Origin: Polyangiales bacterium | GTDB lineage: Bacteria > Myxococcota_A > Polyangia > Polyangiales > Ga0077539 | Assembly: GCA_044229975.1 (NCBI GenBank) | Contig: JBGARZ010000009.1 | Location: forward strand, 32,001 to 96,000 | Direction: 5' to 3' | Length of the DNA stretch: 64,000 bases | Part shown: piece by piece, positions 8,967-17,798 of the stretch | How the letters are laid out: each line of letters starts with the position of its first letter | Position numbering within the stretch: the stretch's first letter is position 1 | Position numbers and translations under genes: made by a program | The notes under the pieces: generated by a model | Seen by the model: the letters and a program-made list of their open reading frames with translations, nothing else | Database searches by the model: none | What the model was told of the DNA's origin: nothing

Positions 8967-10216
8967 GAGAGGCGCGTCGCTCGCGGGCACCGGTCTTCGT
9001 GCTGGGCGGCGCGCAGACGGACTTCGCGCGGCACTGGACCCGCGAGGGAAAGACGCTCAGCGACCTGATGCGCGAGACGGCGCAGTCGGCCCTGGCAAGC
9101 GCGAAGGTCGACGCCGCGGAGGTGGAGGTCGGCCACGTGGGCAACTTCGTGGCGGAGCTGTTCTGCGGACAGGGCCACCTCGGCGGATTGCTGGTCGAAG
9201 CAGATGCTGCCTTCGAGGGCATGCCCACCTCGACGCACGAAGCGGCGTGCGCGGCGGGCGGGGCGGCGCTGATGGCGGCCATGGCCGACATCGAGTCGGG
9301 CCGGTACGAGTGCGCGCTGGTGATCGGGGTCGAGCTGCTGCGCAACGTGAAGGGCGACGTGGCGGCGAAGAACCTCGGCGCGGCGGCGTACGTCCCGCGC
9401 GAGACCGACGGGGTGCAGTACCCGTGGCCGCAGCTCTTCAGCGACCTCGGCGACGAGTACGACCGGCGCTATGGGTTGAAGCGCGAGCACCTCGCGGCCC
9501 TCGCGCAGAGCAACTTCGCCAACGCGCGACGCAACCCCAACGCGCAGACGCGCCAATGGGTGTTGGGCGCGGAGCACTTCGCGGAGGACAACACGAACAA
9601 CCCGGTGGTGGCGGGGCGCATCCGCAAGCAGGATTGCAGTCAGATCACCGACGGCGGGGCGGCCGTGCTGCTGGCTTCGGCGCGCTTCGCGGAGCGCTGG
9701 GCAAAGCGGTGTGACCGTCGCATCGAAGACGTCGCGATGATCCGCGGCTGGGGCCATCGGACGGGGCGGATGTCCTTCGCGGACAAGATCGCGTCGAGCC
9801 GCGACGAGGCCTACGTGCTGCCCCACGTGCGAGGCGCCATCACCGACGCGTACGCGCGAGCGGGTGTCGAAGGCCCCGCGGTGCTGGACGCCATCGAGAC
9901 GCACGACTGCTTCACGACGACGCACTACATGGCCATCGACCACTTCGGGATGACGGCGCCCGGCGAGAGCTGGAAGGCCATCGAAGACGGCACCATCCAG
10001 CGCGGCGGCAAGTGTCCGATGAACGCCGGTGGCGGCCTGACGGGTGGCGGTCACCCGATCGGGGCGACGGGCGTGAGGATGGTGCTCGACGCGGCGAAGC
10101 AGGTGACGGGGACGGCGGGCGACTACCAGGTGGAGGGCGCGCGCACGGCGGCGACGCTCAACCTGGGCGGCAGCGGGACGACGGCCGTGTGCACGATCGT
10201 GGGCCGCGCGGGCTGA
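8963..10216 (+). CDS. Thiolase-like acetyl-CoA acetyltransferase (SCP2-type, HDCF motif)
   Basis: HEAACAAG, DCSQITDG, ETHDCF, GGHPIGATG; ATGA overlap with the oxygenase stop. Confidence 0.88.
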   Translation: MREARRSRAPVFVLGGAQTDFARHWTREGKTLSDLMRETAQSALASAKVDAAEVEVGHVGNFVAELFCGQGHLGGLLVEADAAFEGMPTSTHEAACAAGGAALMAAMADIESGRYECALVIGVELLRNVKGDVAAKNLGAAAYVPRETDGVQYPWPQLFSDLGDEYDRRYGLKREHLAALAQSNFANARRNPNAQTRQWVLGAEHFAEDNTNNPVVAGRIRKQDCSQITDGGAAVLLASARFAERWAKRCDRRIEDVAMIRGWGHRTGRMSFADKIASSRDEAYVLPHVRGAITDAYARAGVEGPAVLDAIETHDCFTTTHYMAIDHFGMTAPGESWKAIEDGTIQRGGKCPMNAGGGLTGGGHPIGATGVRMVLDAAKQVTGTAGDYQVEGARTAATLNLGGSGTTAVCTIVGRAG

Positions 10217-10219
10217 GCG

Positions 10220-11422
10220 ATGGACGCGTACATCTACGAGGCGATTCGCACGCCGCGCGGGGCGGGCAAGCCCGGTGGCGCGCTGTCGGGCGTGCGGCCG
10301 GTGGAGCTGCTGGCGACGCTCTTCCGCGAGCTGGTGGCGCGAACGGCGATCGATACCGCGGTCATCGATGACATCGTCCTGGGGTGCGTGACGCAGGTGG
10401 GCGAGCAGGGCGCCAACCTCGCCAAGGTGGCTGCCCTCTATGCGGGCTGGAGCGATCGGGTGTCGGGGATGACGCTCGATCGGTTCTGCGCGTCGGGCCT
10501 CGATGCGGTGAACCTCGCGGCGGCGAAGGTCTCGTCGGGCATGGAAGACCTCGTGGTGGCGGGCGGTGTCGAGTCGATGTCGCGGGTTCCGATGATGTCG
10601 GACAAGGGCGCGTGGTTTACGGACGCGGACGTGGCGCAAGCGACGGGCTTCGTGCACATGGGCGTGTCGGCCGACCTCATCGCGACGCTCGACGGCGTGT
10701 CGCGCGAGGAGTGCGACGCGTGGGCGCTGCGATCGCACGAGCGGGCGGCGGCGGCGCGGGCGACGGGGCGCTTCGCGCGGTCGCTGGTGGCGGTGCGTGA
10801 CGCGAGCGGCGCGGTGGTGTGCGAGCGCGACGAGTGGATTCGCGAGGGGCTCACGGCGGCGAAGCTGGCGGGGATGGCGGCGGTGTTCGCGGAGGCGGGC
10901 GCGAAGGGCGGCGACGCGATCGCGCTGGCGAAGTATCCGCAGGCGGGCGCGATACGCCACGTGCACACGGTGGCGAGCGCGCCGGGCGTGGTCGACGGCG
11001 CGGCGCTGGTGCTGGTGGGCAACCGGGCGGCGGGTGAGAGGTATGGGCTGAAGCCGCGAGCGCGGGTGCGGTCGTTTGCGAACGCGAGCGCCGAGCCGGT
11101 GGCGATGCTGACGGCGCCAGCGCCCGCGACGCGCAAGGCGCTGGCGAAGGCGGGGATGGGCGTCGGCGACGTGGAGCGCTTCGAGATGAACGAGTCGTTC
11201 AGCGCGGTGGTGCTGCGGTACGTGCGCGAGCTGGAGCTGGACGCCGAGCGGGTGAACGTCGACGGCGGGGCGATCGCGATGGGTCACCCGCTGGGCGCGA
11301 CGGGCGCGGTGCTGGTGGGGACGCTGCTGGAGTCGATGGAGCGCGACGGGCGCGGCGTCGGGGTGGTCGCGATGTGCGCGGGGGCGGGCATCGGCGCGGC
11401 GACGGTGATCGAGCGGGTGTAG
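10220..11422 (+). CDS. Acetyl-CoA C-acyltransferase (thiolase)
   Basis: RTPRG, DRFCASG, GGVESMS, EMNESF, GHPLGATG, CAGAGIG. Confidence 0.93.
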   Translation: MDAYIYEAIRTPRGAGKPGGALSGVRPVELLATLFRELVARTAIDTAVIDDIVLGCVTQVGEQGANLAKVAALYAGWSDRVSGMTLDRFCASGLDAVNLAAAKVSSGMEDLVVAGGVESMSRVPMMSDKGAWFTDADVAQATGFVHMGVSADLIATLDGVSREECDAWALRSHERAAAARATGRFARSLVAVRDASGAVVCERDEWIREGLTAAKLAGMAAVFAEAGAKGGDAIALAKYPQAGAIRHVHTVASAPGVVDGAALVLVGNRAAGERYGLKPRARVRSFANASAEPVAMLTAPAPATRKALAKAGMGVGDVERFEMNESFSAVVLRYVRELELDAERVNVDGGAIAMGHPLGATGAVLVGTLLESMERDGRGVGVVAMCAGAGIGAATVIERV

Positions 11423-11435
11423 CGGGGGCTGGAGC

Positions 11436-11550
11436 TCAAACGCGCGCGAAGTACCGCACGGTGTCCTCGCGGAAGAGCACGTACAGCCACACCGCGTCGG
11501 CGACGAGGCTCACCACCAGCGTCGGCGTCGCCGCGGGCGGTAGGTCACCC
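11436..11550 (-). pseudogene. Possible 3' remnant of a membrane-protein gene
   Basis: GC3-rich frame TPTLVVSLVADAVWLYVLFREDTVRYFARV* with no convincing start, just after the stop at 11563. Confidence 0.35.
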
Positions 11551-11562
11551 CTTGGCGCGCGC

Positions 11563-13986
11563 CTACCAGGTCGTCGCCGTGAACTCCGCCCGCCGACCCG
11601 CGGGCAGCGTCCCGGTCAGCACCACGCGACGGCCGCCGATGCGCGTGGGCCCGCAGGCCGCGCAGTCGAAGCGACGGATGACATCACCGAACTCCAGCGT
11701 GAGCCCGGTGATCTCTCGCGCACCCGCCGTGATCGTTCCCCGGTAGCCCGTCGCGGAGTCGTAGCCAGCGTCGACCTCGACCTCCCGGCGCGCCTGCCAG
11801 AACGCCCCGAGCGCCGTCACGGACACGTCCGTCCGCAGGCCCGCCGACGCCGCCACGGCGAGCAGTCGATCGACGGCCACCAGCTTGGCCGCGAGGTTTT
11901 CGGGCCCGAGGCCGAGGCCGAACGACGGGTGCACCAGCAGCGTGGTGTGCGCGCGGTTGGCCGCGTTGTGCAGCAGCACCGACGCCCAGCGGCCCACGAA
12001 GGTCGGGAGGTTGAAGCCCTGGAGCTCGGTGCGAACGGTTCCGCCGGCGTCGCGCGCGCCGAAGCCGTCGTCGAGCGTGACGGGCAGCTCGGTGATGGCG
12101 CGGTGATGGAAGAGGTCTTGACGGTGGAAGGTGCGCGCGAGGTCGAGCGGGAGGTTGGTCTTGAAGTCACCAACCGCGAAGCTCGAATCCACCGACACGC
12201 CATGGTCGGACAGCACATCGTAGAGCCGCGGATGAACGTCGAGGTACGGCGATCGCCACGCCACGACGGGTGAACCCGCGGCCTCGCCCGCGAGCTGCTG
12301 CGAGACCCTCACCTCGCCGCAGAGGGTCGACTCCGCGAGGGTCGTGGGGAGGTACCCCGGGAAGCGCTCGGTGCAGTCACCCACGGGCTGTGTGACCGGC
12401 GACGGGAAGTGCCGCACCGAGTGGGCCCCGACCGGGCACATCCCCAGCGCGCACACGTTGCGAACGGTCGCGGGCTCCCACGATCCGCCGACGTAGTCCG
12501 TGGTGAAGAAGAAGCTCCCGACGGCCTCGCGCTCGTACAGCACCGATGCCATCTGCGCGGCGCCCGCGGCGCCCCACGGCCCCGACCGCGTCGACTCCGT
12601 CGCGTCGATGTCGTGCGTCGAGAGCAGCAGCGCGTCTTCGAGACCCGGCACCGTGTGCTTGAAGACGGCGTGCCCCGCGGCGCCCTCGCGCAGCGCGTCG
12701 CGAAAGAAGAGACCCAGCACGTCACCGGCGGGCTCGAAGCAGTTCACGTAGCAGCGGTAGTGCGCCCAGGAGTGCAGGTCGTGGCCGAGGGTGTAGACCG
12801 CCCCGGCGCCGACGGGTCGGCGGGTGAGAACGGCCCCGGCGTCGGTCGTTCCGGCGAAGGCGCGCGCGGCGACGACGGTGCTGACGTCGGCGTCGGGCTC
12901 CAGCGCGAAGACCTCGATGGGGTGCGCCACCGGGTCGTCGGTGACGGTGAGCTCGCGCTCTTCGAGCGAGTCGAAGGAGAGCACCGCGGGGACGGAGGAG
13001 CCGGCGACGTGCAGGGAAGTGACGTCGGTGCGACGGGTGCTGGCGCGCAGGCCCGCGAGGCGCAGCACGTTGGCCGTGGGGAGCGAGGCGACGGGCTTGT
13101 GGAGCAGCACCACGCCGCCCGCGTTGGCGAACTCCTCCAGGTAGAGCCGCGCGATGGTGTCGACCACCGCGCCGTCGAGATAGCCCGGAACAATCACCAG
13201 CGCGTAGCGGCCCAGGAGGCTGCGGAGGGGAATGTTCCAGTCGGAGTCGGCGGGGGGTAGGTCGTAGGGGACGCCCCACTGATCGAGGACGGAGGCGAGC
13301 GCGCGGATCTCGTCGCCGCCCTTCGTCCAGAGGTAGCGCGGCGCGAGGAGGAGGGCTCGTGCGCGGACGGTGGCCGGGCGGGCGTTGTCGACGACGCTAT
13401 CGCAGTCGTTGTCCAGCCCGTCGGAGACCTCGGCGGAGGGAGCAGGGGTGAGGCAGATGCGGGCCGTTCCGACGCACGCGGCCCAGCCGACGGCGCAGAC
13501 GCCCATGGCCGCGGCAACGCATGCGTTGGGGCCGGTGGGGAGCAGCGCATCGACGCGACCGTCGCAGTCGTTGTCGAGCCCGTCGCAGAGCGTCTCCAGG
13601 GCTTCACGACGCGGGTCTCCGAGGGGAATGGCGCAGTCGGCGACGGCGGTCGGCAGGTCGGCGAGGCGCACGTCGACGAGCGCCCCATCGGGGACGGTGC
13701 GACCCGCATCGGCCGGCGGAACATCGACGACGTCGGGCTGCACATCGACGACGTCGGGCTGCACATCGACGGCGGCGACCACATCGACGACCTCGGACGA
13801 GGCATCGATGGCGACCACATCGACGACGTCCCCTGGGGTGTCGACGGCCGGGACGTCGGTGGGAGCGGGCGTCTGCTCGCAGCCCAGGATCATCGCGACG
13901 AGGGCGATGGTGGACTTCGCGGCGAGGGGGCCGACCGATCGTCGGTCGACACCTACGAAGCTGGAGGATGACGTCGGCCGTCGCAT
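11563..13986 (-). CDS. Lipoprotein with CDGLDNDCDG metal-binding repeats and a NodB-like polysaccharide deacetylase domain
   Basis: ILGC lipobox, D/V/P linker, ETLCDGLDNDCDG and DGLDNDCD repeats, then THDID, GAHSVRH, RSPYL, DSS, LLVHP. The N-terminal part of the 1427-aa track ORF is antisense shadow. Confidence 0.7.
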   Translation of the reverse strand: MRRPTSSSSFVGVDRRSVGPLAAKSTIALVAMILGCEQTPAPTDVPAVDTPGDVVDVVAIDASSEVVDVVAAVDVQPDVVDVQPDVVDVPPADAGRTVPDGALVDVRLADLPTAVADCAIPLGDPRREALETLCDGLDNDCDGRVDALLPTGPNACVAAAMGVCAVGWAACVGTARICLTPAPSAEVSDGLDNDCDSVVDNARPATVRARALLLAPRYLWTKGGDEIRALASVLDQWGVPYDLPPADSDWNIPLRSLLGRYALVIVPGYLDGAVVDTIARLYLEEFANAGGVVLLHKPVASLPTANVLRLAGLRASTRRTDVTSLHVAGSSVPAVLSFDSLEERELTVTDDPVAHPIEVFALEPDADVSTVVAARAFAGTTDAGAVLTRRPVGAGAVYTLGHDLHSWAHYRCYVNCFEPAGDVLGLFFRDALREGAAGHAVFKHTVPGLEDALLLSTHDIDATESTRSGPWGAAGAAQMASVLYEREAVGSFFFTTDYVGGSWEPATVRNVCALGMCPVGAHSVRHFPSPVTQPVGDCTERFPGYLPTTLAESTLCGEVRVSQQLAGEAAGSPVVAWRSPYLDVHPRLYDVLSDHGVSVDSSFAVGDFKTNLPLDLARTFHRQDLFHHRAITELPVTLDDGFGARDAGGTVRTELQGFNLPTFVGRWASVLLHNAANRAHTTLLVHPSFGLGLGPENLAAKLVAVDRLLAVAASAGLRTDVSVTALGAFWQARREVEVDAGYDSATGYRGTITAGAREITGLTLEFGDVIRRFDCAACGPTRIGGRRVVLTGTLPAGRRAEFTATTW

Positions 13987-14073
13987 CGCAGATGCCCGCG
14001 ACGCTGCCACGGATGCCCTCTGCACCGATAGCGATTGGAGCGCGCCGCGAGGATCGCTACGATCGCGCCCGAC

Positions 14074-15366
14074 GTGAAGACTCCGATCTTGTGGGCGGCC
14101 GCGCTGGCGGTGAGCGTGGGTTGTAGCGGGAGCTCGACCCCCGTGCGCTCCGTGGCGACGGCGCCCGTCGATGCTGGCAGCGCGGACGTTTCGCCTGGTG
14201 ACGATGCGGGCGAGGCGATCGCCGAGACCCCGGCGGCGCCCGTCCAGCCGCTCCGGCCGGCGCCGGTGGTGTTCATCACCCTGGGCGAGTGGCACGGGTG
14301 CGCGGTGGCGGCCGACGGCAACGCGCGCTGCTGGGGGCGCAACCGCGAGGGGCAGCTCGGGCACCCCGCGACGGCGCCCGTTGTCGCTGGTCCGACCAGG
14401 GTGCCAGGGCTCTCCGGGGTCGCGGTCGAGGCGTCGGCCGGAACCTTCCACACCTGCCTGCGCACCGACGATGGCCGCGCCTATTGCTGGGGCGACAACC
14501 GCACCGGGCAGGCGGGCGTCGAGGGCTCTGCCACCCTCGATCAGCCCGCCGAGCTCCGCGGCCTCACCGACGTGGCGGAGGTCGTCGCCGGGCGCGACCA
14601 GTCCTGCGCGCGCCTGCGCGACGGGACCGTTCGCTGCTGGGGCAACAACGAACACGGGCAGCTCGGTGACGGCACCGTGCGCGCGCGCTTCACGCCGACG
14701 CCCGTCGTGGGGCTGCGCGGGGTCGCCGAGCTCGCCGCGGGTTCGGGCCACACCTGCGCCCGCCTCGAAGACGGAACCGTCCGCTGCTGGGGACTCAACC
14801 GTCGCGGCCAGGTGGGCGACCGCACCCGCCTCGCGCGCCATCGCCCGACGCCCGTCGTGGGCGTCGCTCACGCCAACCAGATCGCCGTGGGCCGCGAGCA
14901 CGGATGCGCCCGCCTCACCGACGGAACCGTCCGCTGTTGGGGCCGCAACGACGTCGGTCAGCTCGGCAACGGCACCGTGGTCGGGTCCAACGTCGCCGTC
15001 GCGGTGCGCGGTCTGCGGGGCGTGCGGCACATCGCGGCCGGCGGCCTCCACACCTGCGCGGTGCTGGAGGACGCCACGGTGCGCTGCTGGGGTTCCAACC
15101 ACCACGGCCAGCTCGGGATCGGCACCGTCGGGGGCGTGCAGCGGCTGCCCGTGGCCGTCATTGGGCTCACCGGTGTCGGCTCGGTCGCGCTGTCGAGCGC
15201 GGCGGACGACGGGTCCACCTGCGCGCTGATGGAAGACCAGTCGGTGCGCTGCTGGGGCGACAACGCCTTCGGGCAGCTCGGGCGCGCGGCGTCGCCGGCC
15301 GATCCGAACCCCACCGCCATCGTGTGGGACGCGCCTCCCGCCGGGCCCGCCGTCGCCCCGCGCTGA
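14074..15366 (+). CDS. RCC1/BLIP-II repeat beta-propeller lipoprotein
   Basis: Seven repeats of G..HTCA..DGTVRCWG.N..GQLG; SVGC lipobox. Confidence 0.92.
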   Translation: MKTPILWAAALAVSVGCSGSSTPVRSVATAPVDAGSADVSPGDDAGEAIAETPAAPVQPLRPAPVVFITLGEWHGCAVAADGNARCWGRNREGQLGHPATAPVVAGPTRVPGLSGVAVEASAGTFHTCLRTDDGRAYCWGDNRTGQAGVEGSATLDQPAELRGLTDVAEVVAGRDQSCARLRDGTVRCWGNNEHGQLGDGTVRARFTPTPVVGLRGVAELAAGSGHTCARLEDGTVRCWGLNRRGQVGDRTRLARHRPTPVVGVAHANQIAVGREHGCARLTDGTVRCWGRNDVGQLGNGTVVGSNVAVAVRGLRGVRHIAAGGLHTCAVLEDATVRCWGSNHHGQLGIGTVGGVQRLPVAVIGLTGVGSVALSSAADDGSTCALMEDQSVRCWGDNAFGQLGRAASPADPNPTAIVWDAPPAGPAVAPR

Positions 15367-15409
15367 ACCGGCCCACACCGCAGCGTCAGCGCGGCGCGCA
15401 ACCGCGACG

Positions 15410-16018
15410 CTACGAGGAGAGTCCGCGTCGCAGCAGGCCCACGCGGTTGCGCGCCGCGAGGAGCTGCTGACGGAGCGCGTCGGCCTGGCGGGCGACGTCG
15501 ACGAAGTCCGCCGCGGTGGCCTCGCGGGCGACGTCCTGGGCGCGGTCGACGGCGCCGTCCATGCGGGCGACGATCTCTTCGAGCCGCTCGATGAGCTCGG
15601 CGAGGCGCTCGGGCGAGGTGGGCATTCCCCCGCCGCTGGTGGCCTCCTGCACGAGCGCGTTGATGCCGCGCGCCTCTTCGCCGAGCTGCCCCAACCGAAC
15701 ACCAAACGCCGTGTGCTCGGTGGTGCGGGCGTCGATGTCCGAGACGCGGCCGTTGATGGTGGCGGCTGCGGCGCGCTGGCGTTCGTTGGCGGTGCCGACG
15801 AGGGCGACGAGCCCGTGGAGCTGCTCGGCGAAGCGGGCCTGCGCATCAGCGGCGTCGCGGGTGAGCCGCGCGGCGTGCTCGATGGCCTTCTCGGAATTGA
15901 GCGGAGACCGGGCGAGGGACGCGGCGATGTCCTCGAAGCGCTTGAGCTCCGACTCTAGCGCCGCGGCGGCCGTGGCGAAGGCGGAGACTTTGTTGGAGGC
16001 GCGGTCGTCCCTGCTCAC
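15410..16018 (-). CDS. Hypothetical coiled-coil protein
   Basis: A/E/L/R-rich helical sequence with normal codon bias. Confidence 0.65.
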   Translation of the reverse strand: MSRDDRASNKVSAFATAAAALESELKRFEDIAASLARSPLNSEKAIEHAARLTRDAADAQARFAEQLHGLVALVGTANERQRAAAATINGRVSDIDARTTEHTAFGVRLGQLGEEARGINALVQEATSGGGMPTSPERLAELIERLEEIVARMDGAVDRAQDVAREATAADFVDVARQADALRQQLLAARNRVGLLRRGLSS

Positions 16019-16066
16019 GGGTCGGGATGGAAGTCCGCCGCGGGGCGCGGCGTCAAGCGCGACGGC

Positions 16067-16567
16067 TCACCCGTGGAGCGAACGCGCGGACACCAGCACC
16101 CCATCGGCGTCCGCGTAGCACCACTCGCCGGGCCGCACCGCGACACCTGCTACGTCGACGACCCCATCTCGCTCGCCTGCCCCTGCCTTGGCGCTCTTGC
16201 GTGGGTGCGTGCCCAGCGCGCGAATCCCGACATCGCACGCCGCGAGCTCCGCTGCGTCGCGCACGCAGCCGTACACCACGATGCCGGCCCAGCCGTTTTG
16301 CACCGCGAGCGCGCCGAGGTTGCCGCCCACCAGAGCGCGACGAAGGCTCCCTCCCCCGTCGATCACCAGCACGCGCCCCGCGCCCGGCGTCGAGAGCACC
16401 TCGCGCACGAGCGCGTTGTCCTCGAAAAGCCGCAGCGTGGTGACGGGACCATGGAATGACGTGCGCTTCCCGTAGTCACGGAAGACCGCCGGGAGAACGC
16501 GCAACGATCCGTCGATGAGCAGTGGCTCGTGAGCGTCGCAGAGGTCGGTGGTGGCGAGGGTCGTCAT
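16067..16567 (-). CDS. rraA: RraA / HMG aldolase family protein
   Basis: [44 protein letters not shown]. Confidence 0.92.
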   Translation of the reverse strand: MTTLATTDLCDAHEPLLIDGSLRVLPAVFRDYGKRTSFHGPVTTLRLFEDNALVREVLSTPGAGRVLVIDGGGSLRRALVGGNLGALAVQNGWAGIVVYGCVRDAAELAACDVGIRALGTHPRKSAKAGAGERDGVVDVAGVAVRPGEWCYADADGVLVSARSLHG

Positions 16568-16655
16568 GCCGCGCATGGGAGTCCGGTGCGACCGCCTGGT
16601 CAAGCGCGACGCTCGCCGACGGCCTCGTCGCGGGAGATCTGACGGGTTCGGAGAT

Positions 16656-16762
16656 GGCCGCCAGGGCGCAGGGGGCGCAAGGATCGAAAGGGAGAGATGA
16701 GGTGAAGGTGAAGGTCCTTCGCTTGAGCCGTTCTTCCCTTGCGACGCTTGCGCCCGGTTGGC
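16656..16762. repeat. Degenerate copy of the CGCAAGG inverted-repeat element
   Basis: GGGCGCAAGGATCGAAAGGGA ... TCCCTTGCGACGCTTGCGCCC. Confidence 0.55.
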
Positions 16763-16791
16763 TGTCCTCCCACGAGGCACGCCCCGACGCG

Positions 16792-16962
16792 CTACTCGAC
16801 CTCGGTGAGAGCGCTCGCGTGTCGCTTGCCCCAGTCACACAGCGACGCGACGATGGGCTGGAGGCTCATCCCGAGTCGTGTCGCCGAGTACTCCACCCGC
16901 GGCGGAACCCGCGCGAACACCTTCCGCCGAACGATGCCGTGCTCTTGCAGCTCGCGGAGCGC
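16792..16962 (-). pseudogene. C-terminal half of an HxlR-family winged-HTH regulator (5' truncated)
   Basis: [44 protein letters not shown] matches the HxlR C-terminal half; the phospholipase gene occupies the place of the N-terminal half. Confidence 0.75.
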
Positions 16963-16964
16963 GC

Positions 16965-17705
16965 TCAGCGCGGGACGGGGATGGGGAGCGGGATGCTGTT
17001 GCCCGTGGGCTGCGACGGAATGCCGGGGATGGGGATGCCCGGGATGGGGCCCGCGTTGGCGCCGCGGTCGAAGCCCGCGATGCCCGGCGTCGGCAGCGTC
17101 GGCGGGCGGGCGCCCGGACCCTGGAAGAACCAGTTGCGACCTGCCGCGCGCGCCCCGGCGTAGACGGCCTGCGCGGAGACCATGCACGGGGTCTGGAGCA
17201 GGCCCGCGTGCTGGCCCCGGCAGATGCCGTGGAGGTCTTCGCGGAGGCGGTCGTCGACGCGGGTGCGACGACCCTCGGTGGTGTCGAGCGCCAGGCCGCC
17301 CGCGCCGTAGTTGCGGTAGCCGAACTCGTGGCGCGCGCAGGCCCGGTCGAAGGCGTCGCGGAAGGGGCCGGAGATCTCCCCGAAGGAGCACCCGCCGCTC
17401 TGCCAGTTGTAGGGAGGCGGACGAACGCCGCGGAGGTTCTGGAAGGTCTCCAGCGGGAGCTGCATGTAGCCGTCGGCCGTGAGGATGAGCAGCGAGCGCG
17501 GGGCGTTGGCCGCGAGCGGTCGGGCGGCCGAGGCGGGCGCGCGGCTGCGGCGCGAGCTGCGACCCGACGCGGGGGCGTTGCCGAGCACACCGTTGGCGGC
17601 GTTGGTCGCGGCGCCGAGCATGTCGCCCGGCGCGTTCTGCGCCGGGGCCATCAACGGGGCGAGCAGGAGCGCGAGGAGCACGGAGGGGCGGGCGTGGTGT
17701 CGCAT
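16965..17705 (-). CDS. Secreted prokaryotic phospholipase A2-like protein
   Basis: Signal peptide; YNWQSGGCS, ACARHEFGYRNY, RVDDRLREDLHGIC, C..AQAVY; Pro/Gly/Ile-rich tail. Confidence 0.75.
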   Translation of the reverse strand: MRHHARPSVLLALLLAPLMAPAQNAPGDMLGAATNAANGVLGNAPASGRSSRRSRAPASAARPLAANAPRSLLILTADGYMQLPLETFQNLRGVRPPPYNWQSGGCSFGEISGPFRDAFDRACARHEFGYRNYGAGGLALDTTEGRRTRVDDRLREDLHGICRGQHAGLLQTPCMVSAQAVYAGARAAGRNWFFQGPGARPPTLPTPGIAGFDRGANAGPIPGIPIPGIPSQPTGNSIPLPIPVPR

Positions 17706-17798
17706 CCCGCGAAGGTGCCCGAAGCGCGCGACCGCCACAAGCCACGCGGCTTCGATGGAAGCTTGACGATCCCCCGCGCAACAGCGCCAATCGTGGCC

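Noticed and set aside
13987..15846. N-terminal extension of the 1427-aa minus-strand ORF
   Set aside because: It is antisense to the clear RCC1 gene and out of frame with the coiled-coil gene; a high-GC shadow ORF.
16878..17798. Long N-terminal extension on AmtB
   Set aside because: Antisense to the PLA2 gene; low-complexity shadow translation.
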